Shown: positions 10,361 to 20,981 of the stretch, in pieces
How positions within the stretch are numbered: position 1 is the first letter of the stretch
Layout: the number at the start of each line of letters is the position of its first letter
Source: an uncultured Chloroflexia bacterium
GTDB taxonomy: Bacteria > Chloroflexota > Limnocylindria > Limnocylindrales > CSP1-4
Reading direction: 5' to 3'
Assembly (NCBI GenBank): GCA_963746845.1
Contig: CAVVCZ010000005.1
Span: forward strand, 192,001-256,000
DNA: 64,000 bases
Notes under the pieces: model-generated
What the model was told of the DNA's origin: nothing
Database searches by the model: none
The model's input: the letters and a program-made list of their open reading frames with translations, nothing else
Position numbers and translations under genes: made by a program

Positions 10361-11650
10361 TCAAGGGGCGGCGCGGAGACCGGGTGTGTCCGCGGCGAGC
10401 TGGGCATAGAGGTCCAGCAGGCGGGCTGACTCCGTCTCCCAGTTCCAGCGCGTTTCGGCAGCTTCGTGGCACCGTTGTCGCATTGCGATCCGGTCGGCCG
10501 GCGGCAGAGACAGGATCGCTCGGATCGCCGCCGCGATGGAGGCGGGATCGGCCGGTTCACACACCCCTCCGAGCGGACCGGTCGGGTTGTCGAGAACGAT
10601 CCGACGCATGGCCGGGAAGTCGCTGACGACGACGGGAACACCCGCCGTCAGGCTCTCCCACAGCTTGTTCGGCGTGCCAAGCCAATGATTGAGAGTCGAC
10701 TTCTGAAGCGCGATCGCATCGATGTCGGCCCCCGTCACCCACTCCAGCAGGACGCTCGGCGCGACCGCCTCCAGGACGTGGATCCGGCCACCGAACCGCG
10801 GGTGGGATGACAATCGATCCACGACGTCGCGCTCGTTCCCGAAGCCGAGGAACGCGAGGTGCACGCGGTCGAGGTCTGGCTCGAGGATCGCCTCCGCAAG
10901 TTCCTCGAAGCCGCGGTGTCGCATGAAGATTCCGTGGTAGAGCACGAGCGGATCATCCGGGCCGATCCCGATCGCATCGCGCAGGCGCGTATCCGGCGGA
11001 CTTGGAATCTGCCACCTCGGCGGGCAGTTCCGGACGATGATCGTCCGCCGAGGCGCCAGTCGGCGGTTCAACACGTCCGCCTGGTCCTCGTTGACCGTCA
11101 CAAGCGCGACCGCCCGACGGCAAAGCGTCCGTTCGAGCCTCGACAGCAGGCGTCGGAACATTCCCGGCAGACGTGTCGCGGTGCCCGTTTCCATGTAGAT
11201 CTCGTGGCTGTCATACACGAGGCGCCAGGACACACGGACTGCGGGTCCGATCGCGAGCAGGCCGGTGAGATCGTGGGCGTGCCAGACATCCACGTCGCCT
11301 GCGTGCGCGACGGCCCATCGGCCCCAGGACCGGATGGTCCGGGCATATCCGATCAACCACCGCGCACGGGCCACGATGCGCCTCGGCAACGACGCGGCCG
11401 TACTGTTCAGAAAGGGGCTGCTCCCGTCCGGCAGGACGGCCGAGCGTGGGATCCCGGCGACGAAACGGAACGACGCATCCGGGGGAGCCACGCCGTCCAG
11501 GCAGTAGACGGTCACTTCATGGCCTGCCCGGGTAAGCGTCTCGGCTTCGCGGATCACGCGACTGTCGTTCGTCAGCGTCCCGTAGAGGGCCATCGCGACC
11601 CGAAGACCCCTCGGGCGCGATGGATCCGGGGCGATGGTCGATGGCTGCAT
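10361..11650 (-). CDS. Glycosyltransferase family 4
   Basis: DSRVIREA, WHAHD, VYDSHE and PNKLWESLTAGVPVVVSD motifs. Confidence 0.92.
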   Translation of the reverse strand: MQPSTIAPDPSRPRGLRVAMALYGTLTNDSRVIREAETLTRAGHEVTVYCLDGVAPPDASFRFVAGIPRSAVLPDGSSPFLNSTAASLPRRIVARARWLIGYARTIRSWGRWAVAHAGDVDVWHAHDLTGLLAIGPAVRVSWRLVYDSHEIYMETGTATRLPGMFRRLLSRLERTLCRRAVALVTVNEDQADVLNRRLAPRRTIIVRNCPPRWQIPSPPDTRLRDAIGIGPDDPLVLYHGIFMRHRGFEELAEAILEPDLDRVHLAFLGFGNERDVVDRLSSHPRFGGRIHVLEAVAPSVLLEWVTGADIDAIALQKSTLNHWLGTPNKLWESLTAGVPVVVSDFPAMRRIVLDNPTGPLGGVCEPADPASIAAAIRAILSLPPADRIAMRQRCHEAAETRWNWETESARLLDLYAQLAADTPGLRAAP

Positions 11651-11721
11651 CGGATGCAGCGTAGAGGAAGCAGGCGGCTCACGCGGGACGGACCGGCCTC
11701 GCGCTCGGATACCATGCGTCG

Positions 11722-12735
11722 ATGATCGACCTGCCGTCGAAGCCGCGCGTGACGCTCGTGATCGCGATGCTCAACGAGGCCGCCGCCATCGGCCCATGCC
11801 TCGCCTCGATCGCCGCCCAGGACTATCCGCCGGAGTTGCTCGAGGTCCTCGTCTACGACGGCGGTTCGACGGACGGTTCGGTCGAGATCGCCGGGCGGAT
11901 CGCTGCGGAGCACCCGGGCTGGGCCGTCCGGCCGAACCCGCGGAGGATCCAGGCGGCCGCGTGGAACGCCGGGATCCAGGCCGCCATGGGCGACGTCGTC
12001 GGGATCGTCAGCGGACACGCCGAGCTCGGCTCGGGCTACGTCGCGAGCGCGGTCCGCGCCCTGCGTGAGACGGGCGCGGACATGGTCGGCGGACCCGTGC
12101 GGGCGATCGGCGAGACGCCGGTCGGCCGGGCGGTGGCGATCGCGGTGAGCACCCCGTTCGGAGCCGGCGGAGCGCGCCACCGCTACCAGCTGACCGAGCG
12201 CGCCGTCGTCGACACGGTCTTCATGGGGATCTGCCGACGGTCGACCTGGCTGCGCTTCCCGTTCGACGAGTCCCTGGTCCGCAACCAGGACGACGAGCTC
12301 AGCTACCGGCTCCTCGACACGGGCGGCGTGATCGTCTGTGATCCGGCGATCGAGAGCCGCTACCGGAGCCGCTCGACCGTGCGGTCGCTGTGGCACCAGT
12401 ACTTCGACTACGGGAAGTGGAAGGTCCACGTCCTGCGCGCCCATCCACGTCAGGTCCGCCTTCGCCACCTCGCCCCGCTCGGCCTCGTGGCGACGGTGGC
12501 CGCGACGGGGACGCTCGGTCTCGTCTGGCCCGCCGCCCGTCGCCTCGCCGCGCTGGAGGTGCTCGTCTACAGCGCCGCCACCGTCGCGGCCGCCGTCCTC
12601 TACCGGGATCCCGAGCAGCCCGACAGCCTGCCGCTCCTGCTGCTCGTCTACCCGACGCTCCATGTTGCGTACGGGATCGGCATGGCGGCAGGCCTCGTGC
12701 GACCGCCCGGCGATCCGGCACCTGACCGGGTCTGA
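11722..12735 (+). CDS. Glycosyltransferase family 2 (ExoA-like), copy 2
   Basis: Near-identical to 9204-10208; carries RNQDDEL. Confidence 0.9.
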   Translation: MIDLPSKPRVTLVIAMLNEAAAIGPCLASIAAQDYPPELLEVLVYDGGSTDGSVEIAGRIAAEHPGWAVRPNPRRIQAAAWNAGIQAAMGDVVGIVSGHAELGSGYVASAVRALRETGADMVGGPVRAIGETPVGRAVAIAVSTPFGAGGARHRYQLTERAVVDTVFMGICRRSTWLRFPFDESLVRNQDDELSYRLLDTGGVIVCDPAIESRYRSRSTVRSLWHQYFDYGKWKVHVLRAHPRQVRLRHLAPLGLVATVAATGTLGLVWPAARRLAALEVLVYSAATVAAAVLYRDPEQPDSLPLLLLVYPTLHVAYGIGMAAGLVRPPGDPAPDRV

Positions 12736-12739
12736 TCTC

Positions 12740-13279
12740 GTGACGCTCGAGGACGTCGCGGGAGCGCTGCGCGCGTATCCCGGCTTCATCCCGGGTCTGA
12801 TCCTCTTGGGGGCCGGCGGGCTCGTCCTCAATCGCCCGATCAGGGCGCGACTCGGAGTGAGCTCAGCCATGGCCGCTGGCCTCGCGCTCAGCGTCGGGCT
12901 GATCCTCGCTGCGACGCTGATGCCCGGTGGCGACCCGCCGCATACCGGAGCGACGTGCGATCTGTCGCGGATGGGCCTCGCGCCTCTCGCGGCGATCCTG
13001 TCGATCGGCGCGGTCAGCCTGAACATCGCGCTGTTCGTGCCGCTTGGCGTCGTCGTCGGGCTCCAGGCGCGCTCGCGAACGAAGCTGCTCGTGCTGATCG
13101 CCGCGGTCGCCTTGCCGTTCCTGATCGAATCCGCGCAGCTCCTGGTGACTCCGCTGGAACGCAAATGCCAGAGCGCGGACGTCTTTGATAATCTCACCGG
13201 GCTTGCGCTCGGCGTCGCCGGAGGCGCGCTCGCCGGATGGCTCGCTCGCCGCACCAAGGAGCCGCCGGTTTTCCGATGA
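12740..13279 (+). CDS. VanZ-like membrane protein
   Basis: LNIALFVPLG, IESAQL and DVFDNLTG are the VanZ pattern; GTG 12740 follows the GT2 stop. Confidence 0.85.
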   Translation: MTLEDVAGALRAYPGFIPGLILLGAGGLVLNRPIRARLGVSSAMAAGLALSVGLILAATLMPGGDPPHTGATCDLSRMGLAPLAAILSIGAVSLNIALFVPLGVVVGLQARSRTKLLVLIAAVALPFLIESAQLLVTPLERKCQSADVFDNLTGLALGVAGGALAGWLARRTKEPPVFR

Positions 13280-13971
13280 CCTCTGATCCGAACGCCGTCC
13301 CCGGCGGACCGACCGATGACACCGACTACGGCTACACGCCGGACGTCCTGCCGCGGATGGTCGCCACGGCCGCCCGCCAGCACGAGAAGGACGCGCTGTT
13401 CGTCGAGGAGCTTGCGCCCTGGTTCGTGAGCGGGCCGATCCTCGAGATCGGGGCCGGCTGCGGGCAGCTCTCCGAGCTGCTGGCAGCCAGCGGCCTGGAT
13501 GTCACTGCCTCGGACATCCAGCCGTTCCTCGTCGAGCACATCGCCGCGAAGGGGGTGCAAGCACGCGTCGTCGACGCCCTTCACCTTGCCGACTCGATCG
13601 ATCGACCCTACTCCAATGTCCTGAGCGGGGGGATATCCACGCTGATCACGCCGGACCTCGACGTCGTGCGGCAGACCTACGAGTCCGTCTACGCGGCGCT
13701 GCCACCGAATGGTCAATTCATCTTCGTCCTGCCCAGCCTGTGGGGAGAACGGTGGAGCAAGCCTGCCGACCACGTCCGGATCGCGCGCGAGAGCGGGTTC
13801 CGGCTCCGGGCGCGCTTCCGCCACCAGGTCCTTCCCTCCTCGGCCTACCGGCGCCTGCCGAAGTCACTCCTGCGCCTCGTCGAGCGGACGGTCGGCCGCG
13901 TCGCGGGGATTCGGACGGTCTTCGTCTTCGCCGTCCCACCCGACGCGGTTGATCCACGAGGGCCCCAATGA
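13276..13971 (+). CDS. Class I SAM-dependent methyltransferase
   Basis: ILEIGAGCG motif; ATGA overlap with the upstream gene. Confidence 0.88.
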   Translation: MTSDPNAVPGGPTDDTDYGYTPDVLPRMVATAARQHEKDALFVEELAPWFVSGPILEIGAGCGQLSELLAASGLDVTASDIQPFLVEHIAAKGVQARVVDALHLADSIDRPYSNVLSGGISTLITPDLDVVRQTYESVYAALPPNGQFIFVLPSLWGERWSKPADHVRIARESGFRLRARFRHQVLPSSAYRRLPKSLLRLVERTVGRVAGIRTVFVFAVPPDAVDPRGPQ

Positions 13972-14804
13972 TCCCCGGCCCCCGAGCCGTCTGGGACCGG
14001 CTGTACGGCGACTTCCTCATGCCGTCCCGGCTGCCCGCCTACCGGGATCTCCTCGTCCTCGCCCTCGACGCCGGCTACACGGTCGTCTCCGTCGAGCGCT
14101 TCTGGGCGCTCCTCGGGAGCGCCGCGGTCGATCCTGCCGCCCGTTACCTCGTCCTCCGCAACGACGTCGACACCGGGCCCGCCACGGCCGCCGCGATGTG
14201 GCGGATCGAGCGGGCGCTCGGGATCGCCGGCTCGTACTACTTCCGGCTCTCGACGCTCGATCTCGGGCTGATGGCCGAGATCGCCGCGGGAGGCGGCGAG
14301 GCGAGCTACCACTACGAGGAGCTGGCGACGGTCGCCAAGCGCCACCGGGCCCGGACGCGGGAGGCTGCCCTCGCCCTCGTGCCCGAGGCTCAGGACCGGT
14401 TCGCGGCCAACCTCGGGCGGCTCCGCGCCCGAACCGGTCTGCCGTTCGCGACGGTCGCCTCGCATGGCGACTTCGCCAACCGCCACCTCGGGCTGATGAA
14501 CTGGACGCTCCTCGTCGAGCCAGCCTTCCGGACCGCTCAAGGGATCGAGCTCGAGACCTACGACGATGCCTTCATGCGTCACGTCACGAGCCGCCACGCG
14601 GACATGACCTACCCGGCCTTCTGGACGACCGAGGCGCCCGATGCCGCCCTTCGCCGGGGTGAGCCCGTCGTCTACCTGCTCGTTCATCCACGAGCCTGGC
14701 GGGTCGAACGTGGATTCAACCTGCGGGACGACGTTCGCCGCGTCTACGAGGGGATCTCGTACCTGCGGCGACTGCCGGGCGCATGGCCGTCGACTGAGGG
14801 CTGA
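13968..14804 (+). CDS. Polysaccharide deacetylase-like hypothetical protein
   Basis: LRNDVD, SYHYEE, ASHGD and LLVHP motifs; ATGA overlap. Confidence 0.7.
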   Translation: MIPGPRAVWDRLYGDFLMPSRLPAYRDLLVLALDAGYTVVSVERFWALLGSAAVDPAARYLVLRNDVDTGPATAAAMWRIERALGIAGSYYFRLSTLDLGLMAEIAAGGGEASYHYEELATVAKRHRARTREAALALVPEAQDRFAANLGRLRARTGLPFATVASHGDFANRHLGLMNWTLLVEPAFRTAQGIELETYDDAFMRHVTSRHADMTYPAFWTTEAPDAALRRGEPVVYLLVHPRAWRVERGFNLRDDVRRVYEGISYLRRLPGAWPSTEG

Positions 14805-14882
14805 CCGGCCCGGGCGGCGACGGCGAGTCCCCTTCCCCCGTGCCGCTGCCGCGTCGTCCGATATCCCGATCGCCGGTGGGGA

Positions 14883-15704
14883 TCAGTCCCCCGCGAGACG
14901 CTCGTCGTACCGGCGATCCCGCCAGGCCAGGGCGGCCTTCAGCCCGTCCCGCCGGACGATCGAGTCGAACTCCCGGGCGGTCTCGCTCATGTTCACGAAC
15001 GACTGGACATCGAGGCCCATCTCGACCGCGGCCGCGAACCCGGCGGCGTCCATCGCCCGGTTCAACATCAACTTCGTCGGGGCCATGACGTCGGGCGGGA
15101 CACGAGCGAGCCGGTCGGCCAGCGTGTCGACCTCTGAGGCGAGTCGATCCGCCGGCACGACCCGGTTCACGAGGCCGATCCGGCGCGCCTCCGTGGCATC
15201 GACCAGGTCGCCGGTCATCAGGAGCTCGCGCGTCGCCTTCTGGCCGATCAGGAACGGCATCAGGAGCGTGACCGGCGCCGATCCGAACCGGATCTCCGGC
15301 TCGCCGAGACGGGCCTCCTCGTCGGCGACGATCAGGTCGCACGCCATCGCGAGCTCCAGGCCGCCCGCGAGCGCATAGCCGTGGACCTGGGCGATCACGG
15401 GCTTCGGGCAGGACCAGACCGCGAGCGTCGCGTCGACGTCCCGCGCCAGGACGTCCCGCCAGCCCCATGCGGTCGACGGCGTCTCCTCGGACAGGTCGTA
15501 GCCAGAGCAGAACGCACGGCCGGCCCCGCTGATCGCGATGACACGGACCCGGTCGTCGTCCGCGGCGTCTGCGATGGCCGCGACGAGCGCATCGCGGAGC
15601 TCGGTCGAGATCGCGTTGAGCTTGTCCGGCCGGTTGAGGACGAGGCGAACGCCCCACGAGGTGGCTGTGCGGATGAGAACCGGTTCGGGCCCAGGCCCGG
15701 TCAC
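14883..15704 (-). CDS. Enoyl-CoA hydratase/isomerase
   Basis: LNRPDKLNA, FCSGYDL, AGGLELAMACD and GEPE motifs. Confidence 0.93.
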   Translation of the reverse strand: MTGPGPEPVLIRTATSWGVRLVLNRPDKLNAISTELRDALVAAIADAADDDRVRVIAISGAGRAFCSGYDLSEETPSTAWGWRDVLARDVDATLAVWSCPKPVIAQVHGYALAGGLELAMACDLIVADEEARLGEPEIRFGSAPVTLLMPFLIGQKATRELLMTGDLVDATEARRIGLVNRVVPADRLASEVDTLADRLARVPPDVMAPTKLMLNRAMDAAGFAAAVEMGLDVQSFVNMSETAREFDSIVRRDGLKAALAWRDRRYDERLAGD

Positions 15705-17935
15705 GTGGCCGCCTCGACGACGAGGGCGTCGACGGCCGCCGTGGCGGCTGGGCCGGAGATCAGCGGGTTCAGGTCCACCTCGAGGATCGACGGGTCGTCC
15801 ACCAGGGCGCGCCCGAGCGCCACGATCGCGGCGACCACCGCCGACCGATCGATCCCCGGCCGACCGCGAACGCCGGCGAGGATCCGCCCACCGCGCAGCT
15901 CGTCGAGCATCAGCGTCGCCTCGAAGGCGTCGACGGGGGCGAGCCGGACGGCGACGTCGTCGAGCGCCTCGGCGAGGATGCCGCCCAGACCGACGAGGAC
16001 GATCGGCCCGTGCATCGGGTCGCGACGCCCGCCGAGGATCAGCTCCACCCCGGCGAGCTGGCGCATGACGAGCAGGCCCCGACGCCGAGCCCCCGACGGG
16101 AGCGGCAGCGCGAGGAGGTCGGCGGCCGCCGATCGGACCGCGTCCGCGTCCGCCAGACCCGTCCGGACGCCGCCCGCATCGGACTTGTGCGCGAGACCCT
16201 CGGCATCGATCTTCAGGACGACGGGCGGCCCGAGCCGGGTCGCGGCCTCGACCGCCTCGTCCGCGCCGACGACGGCAACCGGCATCTCCACGGGCAGGCC
16301 GGCCACCGCAAGCCGGTGGAGACTCTCCGGCTCGGGCAGGGCGCGCGCCGAGACCGGCCCGGTCGTCGCACGCGCATCCGGATCGTGACCCAGGAGCGGC
16401 GTCGCCGCCGCGAGCGCGGGCCAACCGGGACGGACGGGGCCCTCGGCCACGCGGTGGCCGCGCTTCGCCTCCCAGCGAGCGACGGCAGCGATCGCCCCGA
16501 ACGCCTCGACCGTGCCGCGCAGGACCGGCACGCCCCCGGCGTCGTGCAGCCGGGCGACGATCTCCGGCGTCGGCTCGCCCGACGTGAGCGAGACGAAGAC
16601 CGGCAGGAGATCCGGCCGGTCGGCCGTCACGCGGAGCAGCGGCTCGACGACCTCCAGCGCCGTCTCGACCTCGGACGGGAGCGATCGATACGGGAAGTCG
16701 TGGACAAGGGCCAGGACGTCGTAGGCGCCGGATCCGGCGAACGCGCGAAACGCGGCGTCGTAGGCAAACGGCGGGTCGACGGCACCCCACGGATCCAGGG
16801 GGTTGCCGACGTAGCCGAGCGTCGGAAGGTCTCCCAGGAGCTGGTCCCGGGCGGTCTGCGGGACGTCGGGCAGGTCGATCCCGGTCCGCGGTGCCAGGTC
16901 GGCGATCAGGGACGCCTCGCCCGTCGAGACCGTCACGACGCCGGTCCGGCCGCGCCCGACGTGGCGACCGAGACGCCGGCAGCCGGCCACCAGCTCGGCG
17001 GTCTCGAGCAGTGCGTCGAGGTCGTCGCACAGGATCACCCCCGCCGCGCGGAGGGCCGCCTCGGTCGCGCGGGCCTCGCCCGCGAGGGAGCCGGAGTGGG
17101 CGACCGCGGCCAGCTGCGCCTGGCGGCTTCGTCCCACCTTGACCGCCATGACCGGCTTGCCCGCCGCGAGCGCCCGATCCGCGAGCGCGAGGAACCGCTC
17201 CGGCCGCTTGAACCCTTCGACGAAGAGGATCACCGCGTGGGTCTCGTCGTCCTCGATCGCGTGGGCGAGGAAGTCGCAGACGTCGAGGACGACCTCGCTC
17301 CCGCAGCCGATGATCCGCGAGAACCCGATCCGGGCGCCGGAGTGGATGAAGGCGTCGGTCACGGATCCCGACTGGGCGATCCCGGTGACGCCACCCCGCG
17401 GCTGCCACGGATTGACGTCGCCGATGTACGTCGCGCTGTTGGCGGTGAAGTCGACGAGACCCATGCAGTTGGGCCCGAGCAGCGCGATCCCGTGGCGGAG
17501 GGCGATGTCGCGGACGTCCTCTTGCATCCGGGCGGCCGCCTCGCCGCCCTCCACGACGCCGCCGCCGGGGATGATGACCGCCGGCACGCCCGCCGCGGCC
17601 GCGTCGGCGACGACGGCAGCCGCCCGGAGGGGGTTCACGGCCACGAGGACGATGTCCGGGATCTCCGGTAGCTCCGCGATGGACGGGTAGCAGGGCTGTC
17701 CGTGGAGCTCCGGGTAGCGGGGATTGACGAAATGACAGCGCGTGTCGCTGCCAAGGACGCGGAGGTTCGCGCGGACAGTCTCGGCGATCCCGCCCCGGGC
17801 CGAGGCGCCGACGACCGCGATCGAGCGCGGCGCGAAGAGTGGCCGCAGGTCGATTGGCGGCAGCGCGGATGGAATTGGCGCTGCGGCGCCCTCCGGGTGG
17901 CGTTGCCTAACGAACGTTCGGTTGGTTGTGGCCAT
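15701..17935 (-). CDS. ADP-forming acetate/acyl-CoA ligase family protein
   Basis: PRSIAVVGAS, GPNCMG, AHSGSLAG (phospho-His), NPLD, HKSDAGGV and EVDLNPL motifs. Confidence 0.93.
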   Translation of the reverse strand: MATTNRTFVRQRHPEGAAAPIPSALPPIDLRPLFAPRSIAVVGASARGGIAETVRANLRVLGSDTRCHFVNPRYPELHGQPCYPSIAELPEIPDIVLVAVNPLRAAAVVADAAAAGVPAVIIPGGGVVEGGEAAARMQEDVRDIALRHGIALLGPNCMGLVDFTANSATYIGDVNPWQPRGGVTGIAQSGSVTDAFIHSGARIGFSRIIGCGSEVVLDVCDFLAHAIEDDETHAVILFVEGFKRPERFLALADRALAAGKPVMAVKVGRSRQAQLAAVAHSGSLAGEARATEAALRAAGVILCDDLDALLETAELVAGCRRLGRHVGRGRTGVVTVSTGEASLIADLAPRTGIDLPDVPQTARDQLLGDLPTLGYVGNPLDPWGAVDPPFAYDAAFRAFAGSGAYDVLALVHDFPYRSLPSEVETALEVVEPLLRVTADRPDLLPVFVSLTSGEPTPEIVARLHDAGGVPVLRGTVEAFGAIAAVARWEAKRGHRVAEGPVRPGWPALAAATPLLGHDPDARATTGPVSARALPEPESLHRLAVAGLPVEMPVAVVGADEAVEAATRLGPPVVLKIDAEGLAHKSDAGGVRTGLADADAVRSAAADLLALPLPSGARRRGLLVMRQLAGVELILGGRRDPMHGPIVLVGLGGILAEALDDVAVRLAPVDAFEATLMLDELRGGRILAGVRGRPGIDRSAVVAAIVALGRALVDDPSILEVDLNPLISGPAATAAVDALVVEAAT

Positions 17936-19116
17936 CAGCCGACGACCTTCGGGACGCCCCGCTTCTCGAGGGCCCGGGCGATGATCAACCGCTGGATCTC
18001 GGACGTGCCCTCCCAGATCCGGTCGACCCGGAGCTCGCGCAGGTAGCGCTCGGCGGGGTACTCGCGCATGTAGCCGCGCCCGCCGAACACCTGGACCACG
18101 CGGTCGGCGCAGCGCCAGGCGGCCTCCGACGCGAAGAGCTTGGCGAGCGACGCCTTGGCGTGGAGGACCTTCGCGTCCGCGCCCGCGTCGGCGAGGATCG
18201 CGGCCTCGCGCGTGAGGAGCCGCGCCGCCGACGCGTCGGCCGCGGAGTCGGCCAGGGGGAAGGACACCCCCTGGAAGTCGTAGATCCGCTCGCCGAACTG
18301 GACTCGCTGCGTCGCCCAGTCCACCGCCAGCCCGAGAAGTCGCTCCATCGCGCCGGCGCAGCGGGCGCCGATGTGGATCCGCTCCTCGACGAACCACTCG
18401 TTCGTGAGCTCGTCCGCCCGCCCGATCCCGCCGAGGATCGCGGATGCCGGGACGCGGACGTCGGTCAGGACGAACTGCGGATGCCGGTCGGCGAACGTGT
18501 GGGTGTAGTCGGGATCGTGCTTCATGGCGACGCCGGGGGTGTCGTAGTCGAGCAGGAAGAGGGTCGGAAGCAAATCCCCGGACGGCTCCACCACGATTCC
18601 GTGGAAGATCATGAAGTCGGTCTCGTCCGGCGGCCCCGTGACGAACCACTTCTCGCCGTTGAGGACGTAGTCGCCGGTCGACGCGTCGCGGACGGCGGTT
18701 GCCGCCAATGTCCGCGCATCGGAGCCCGCGTTCGGCTCGGTGATCGCGTAGCTCCCGAACCGCTCGCCGCGCAGGCTCGGCTCCAGGTACCGGCGGCGCT
18801 GCTCGGCGTCGGCGTGGATCAGCGCGTTGTAGGCGCCCGGGATGAACGACCACAGCCCGCCCGTCGCCTGGCCGAGCTGCTCGTGGACGATCACCTGGTC
18901 GACCACCGACCAGCCCCGGCCGCCGACGTCGACGGGAAGCGAGCCGCCGTCGAGGCGGGCCTCGATCGCGGCCGCCTTCAGCGTGTCCCGGGTCGCCGAC
19001 GGCAGCCGGCCCCCCGCGGCCTCGAACTCGGCCTCGAGCGGCTGGAGCCAGTCGACCACGTACGCGCGCGCCCGTGCCTGGAGCTCGCGCTGGGCCGGTG
19101 TCAGGGTGAGGTCCAC
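17935..19116 (-). CDS. Acyl-CoA dehydrogenase
   Basis: AITEPNAGSD, NGEKWFVT, RVQFG, FGGRGY and IWEGTSEIQR motifs. Confidence 0.95.
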   Translation of the reverse strand: MDLTLTPAQRELQARARAYVVDWLQPLEAEFEAAGGRLPSATRDTLKAAAIEARLDGGSLPVDVGGRGWSVVDQVIVHEQLGQATGGLWSFIPGAYNALIHADAEQRRRYLEPSLRGERFGSYAITEPNAGSDARTLAATAVRDASTGDYVLNGEKWFVTGPPDETDFMIFHGIVVEPSGDLLPTLFLLDYDTPGVAMKHDPDYTHTFADRHPQFVLTDVRVPASAILGGIGRADELTNEWFVEERIHIGARCAGAMERLLGLAVDWATQRVQFGERIYDFQGVSFPLADSAADASAARLLTREAAILADAGADAKVLHAKASLAKLFASEAAWRCADRVVQVFGGRGYMREYPAERYLRELRVDRIWEGTSEIQRLIIARALEKRGVPKVVG

Positions 19117-19183
19117 GAGCCGAGGATGACCGGCCGATCTTCCGGTCGCGTCGCGCGTCCCGGGTCGCGCGACGCGCGGGCGC

Positions 19184-19447
19184 TCAGACGCCGAGGGTGC
19201 GCCGCCGCTCCTCGTATTCGGCCGCGTCGATCTCGCCGCGCGCATACCGCTCGCGCAGCACCGTCAGGGCGGAATCCTCGCCGCTGGATCCCGGGCGGTA
19301 TCGATCGTTCCGGCTGTTCCGGAGGAGCCAGCGGATGCCGAGGACGATCAGCAGCAGCAGCCCGCCCCAGATCACGACGTTGACGAGGACGACGATCAGC
19401 CAGACGACCCAGAACTCGCCGCCGAAGCTCCCGACCCCGATCGTCAC
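19184..19447 (-). CDS. SHOCT-domain membrane protein
   Basis: TM helix then LRERYARGEIDAAEYEERR. Confidence 0.9.
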   Translation of the reverse strand: MTIGVGSFGGEFWVVWLIVVLVNVVIWGGLLLLIVLGIRWLLRNSRNDRYRPGSSGEDSALTVLRERYARGEIDAAEYEERRRTLGV

Positions 19448-19462
19448 GACCCCTCCCGTCGC

Positions 19463-20908
19463 TCAGCTGGGCCAGGCGAGAACCATGATCCGGATTTCCG
19501 TCATGTCCTCGATCGCCCACCGCAGCCCCTCGCGGCCGAGCCCCGAGTCCTTCACGCCGCCATACGGCATGTGGTCGGTCCGGTAGGTCGGCACGTCGTT
19601 GACGATGACCCCACCGACCTCGAGCTCGTTGAACGCCTTCCAGGCGTTGCCGAGGTCGTTGGTGAAGATCCCGGTCTGGAGGCCGAAGAACGAATCGTTG
19701 ACCTGGCGGATCGCGTCCGCGATGTCCCGGAACCTGAACGCGACCACAAGCGGAGCGAATGCCTCGTTCGAGCAGACGGCGGCCGTCGTCGGGACGTCCG
19801 TGAGGATCGTCGGCGGGAAGAACGTGCCGTCGGCCCGGCCGCCCGCGAGCGCCTTGCCGCCGGCGGCGAGCGCCTCGTCGACCCACCGCTGCGTCCGCGA
19901 TGCGGCGTGCTCGTCGACCATCGGGCCGAGGTCCGTCTGGGGATCGAGCGGATCGCCCACCTTGAGGGCCTTCGCGCCCTCGACGAACTTCGCCATGAAC
20001 GCGTCCCAGATGTCCTCGTGGACGAACATCCGCTGAACGCTGATGCAGACCTGGCCGGCATAGGTGAACGCCCCGACGAGCGTCCGCCGGACGGCCCAGT
20101 CGAGATCCGCGGTCCTGTCGACGATGACGCCGGCGTTCCCGCCGAGCTCCAGGACCACCTTCTTCTTGCCGGCCCGCTCCTTCATCCGCCAGCCGACCGA
20201 CGGGCTGCCGGTGAACGTCAGGAGCTTGAACCGGTCGTCCGACACCATCCGGTCGCCGAGCTCGCGGCTCATCGGCAGGACGCTGACGGAGCCCGCCGGC
20301 GGACCCGCCTCCTCGATGATCTCGGCCACGGTCAGCATCACGAGCGGGTCCTTGGACGGCGGCTTCAGGACGATCGGGTTGCCGCTCGCGATCGCCGGCG
20401 AGAGCTTGTGGGCGGCGAGGTTCAGCGGGAAGTTGAACGGGCTGATCCCGGCGATCGGCCCGATCGGGAACCGGCGGGTGATCCCGACCCGCCCCTTCGA
20501 TGCCGGCATCAGGTCGAGGGGGATCGTCTCGCCGACCATCCGCTCGGCCTCCTCGGCGCCGAGCCGGAAGGTGATTGCCGCGCGATCCACCTCGACGAGC
20601 GCGTCCCGGATCGGTTTGCCGGCCTCCAGGGCGATCAGCCGCCCGAGCTCTTCCCGGCGCGCCTTGATCCCGGCACTGATGTTCCGCAGGATCGCGCCGC
20701 GCTCGTAGGCCGGCAGCGTCCGGGTGACCTCGAACGCCGCGACGGCGGCCTCGACCGCCTCCTCGTACTGCGCCTCGGTCGCGTGGAACGTCGATCCCGC
20801 GGGGTTGGCCGCGTCGGCGGGGTTGGCGACGATCAGCGGGTCGTCGGATTCGACCCACTTGCCGGCGAGAAAGATGGGATGCGGCTTGGCGCCGGTCACG
20901 GCGGTCAT
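19463..20908 (-). CDS. Aldehyde dehydrogenase
   Basis: PFNFP, FTGS, LELGGN, AGQVC and EAFAP motifs; TAGAAT -10 box and AGGAG SD upstream. Confidence 0.95.
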   Translation of the reverse strand: MTAVTGAKPHPIFLAGKWVESDDPLIVANPADAANPAGSTFHATEAQYEEAVEAAVAAFEVTRTLPAYERGAILRNISAGIKARREELGRLIALEAGKPIRDALVEVDRAAITFRLGAEEAERMVGETIPLDLMPASKGRVGITRRFPIGPIAGISPFNFPLNLAAHKLSPAIASGNPIVLKPPSKDPLVMLTVAEIIEEAGPPAGSVSVLPMSRELGDRMVSDDRFKLLTFTGSPSVGWRMKERAGKKKVVLELGGNAGVIVDRTADLDWAVRRTLVGAFTYAGQVCISVQRMFVHEDIWDAFMAKFVEGAKALKVGDPLDPQTDLGPMVDEHAASRTQRWVDEALAAGGKALAGGRADGTFFPPTILTDVPTTAAVCSNEAFAPLVVAFRFRDIADAIRQVNDSFFGLQTGIFTNDLGNAWKAFNELEVGGVIVNDVPTYRTDHMPYGGVKDSGLGREGLRWAIEDMTEIRIMVLAWPS

Positions 20909-20981
20909 GCGGAGCTCCTGCGTTCGGATCGTCGTGCCATTCTAGACGCGCCCCCTCAGCGCCCTGTCCGAGGACCAGCCG

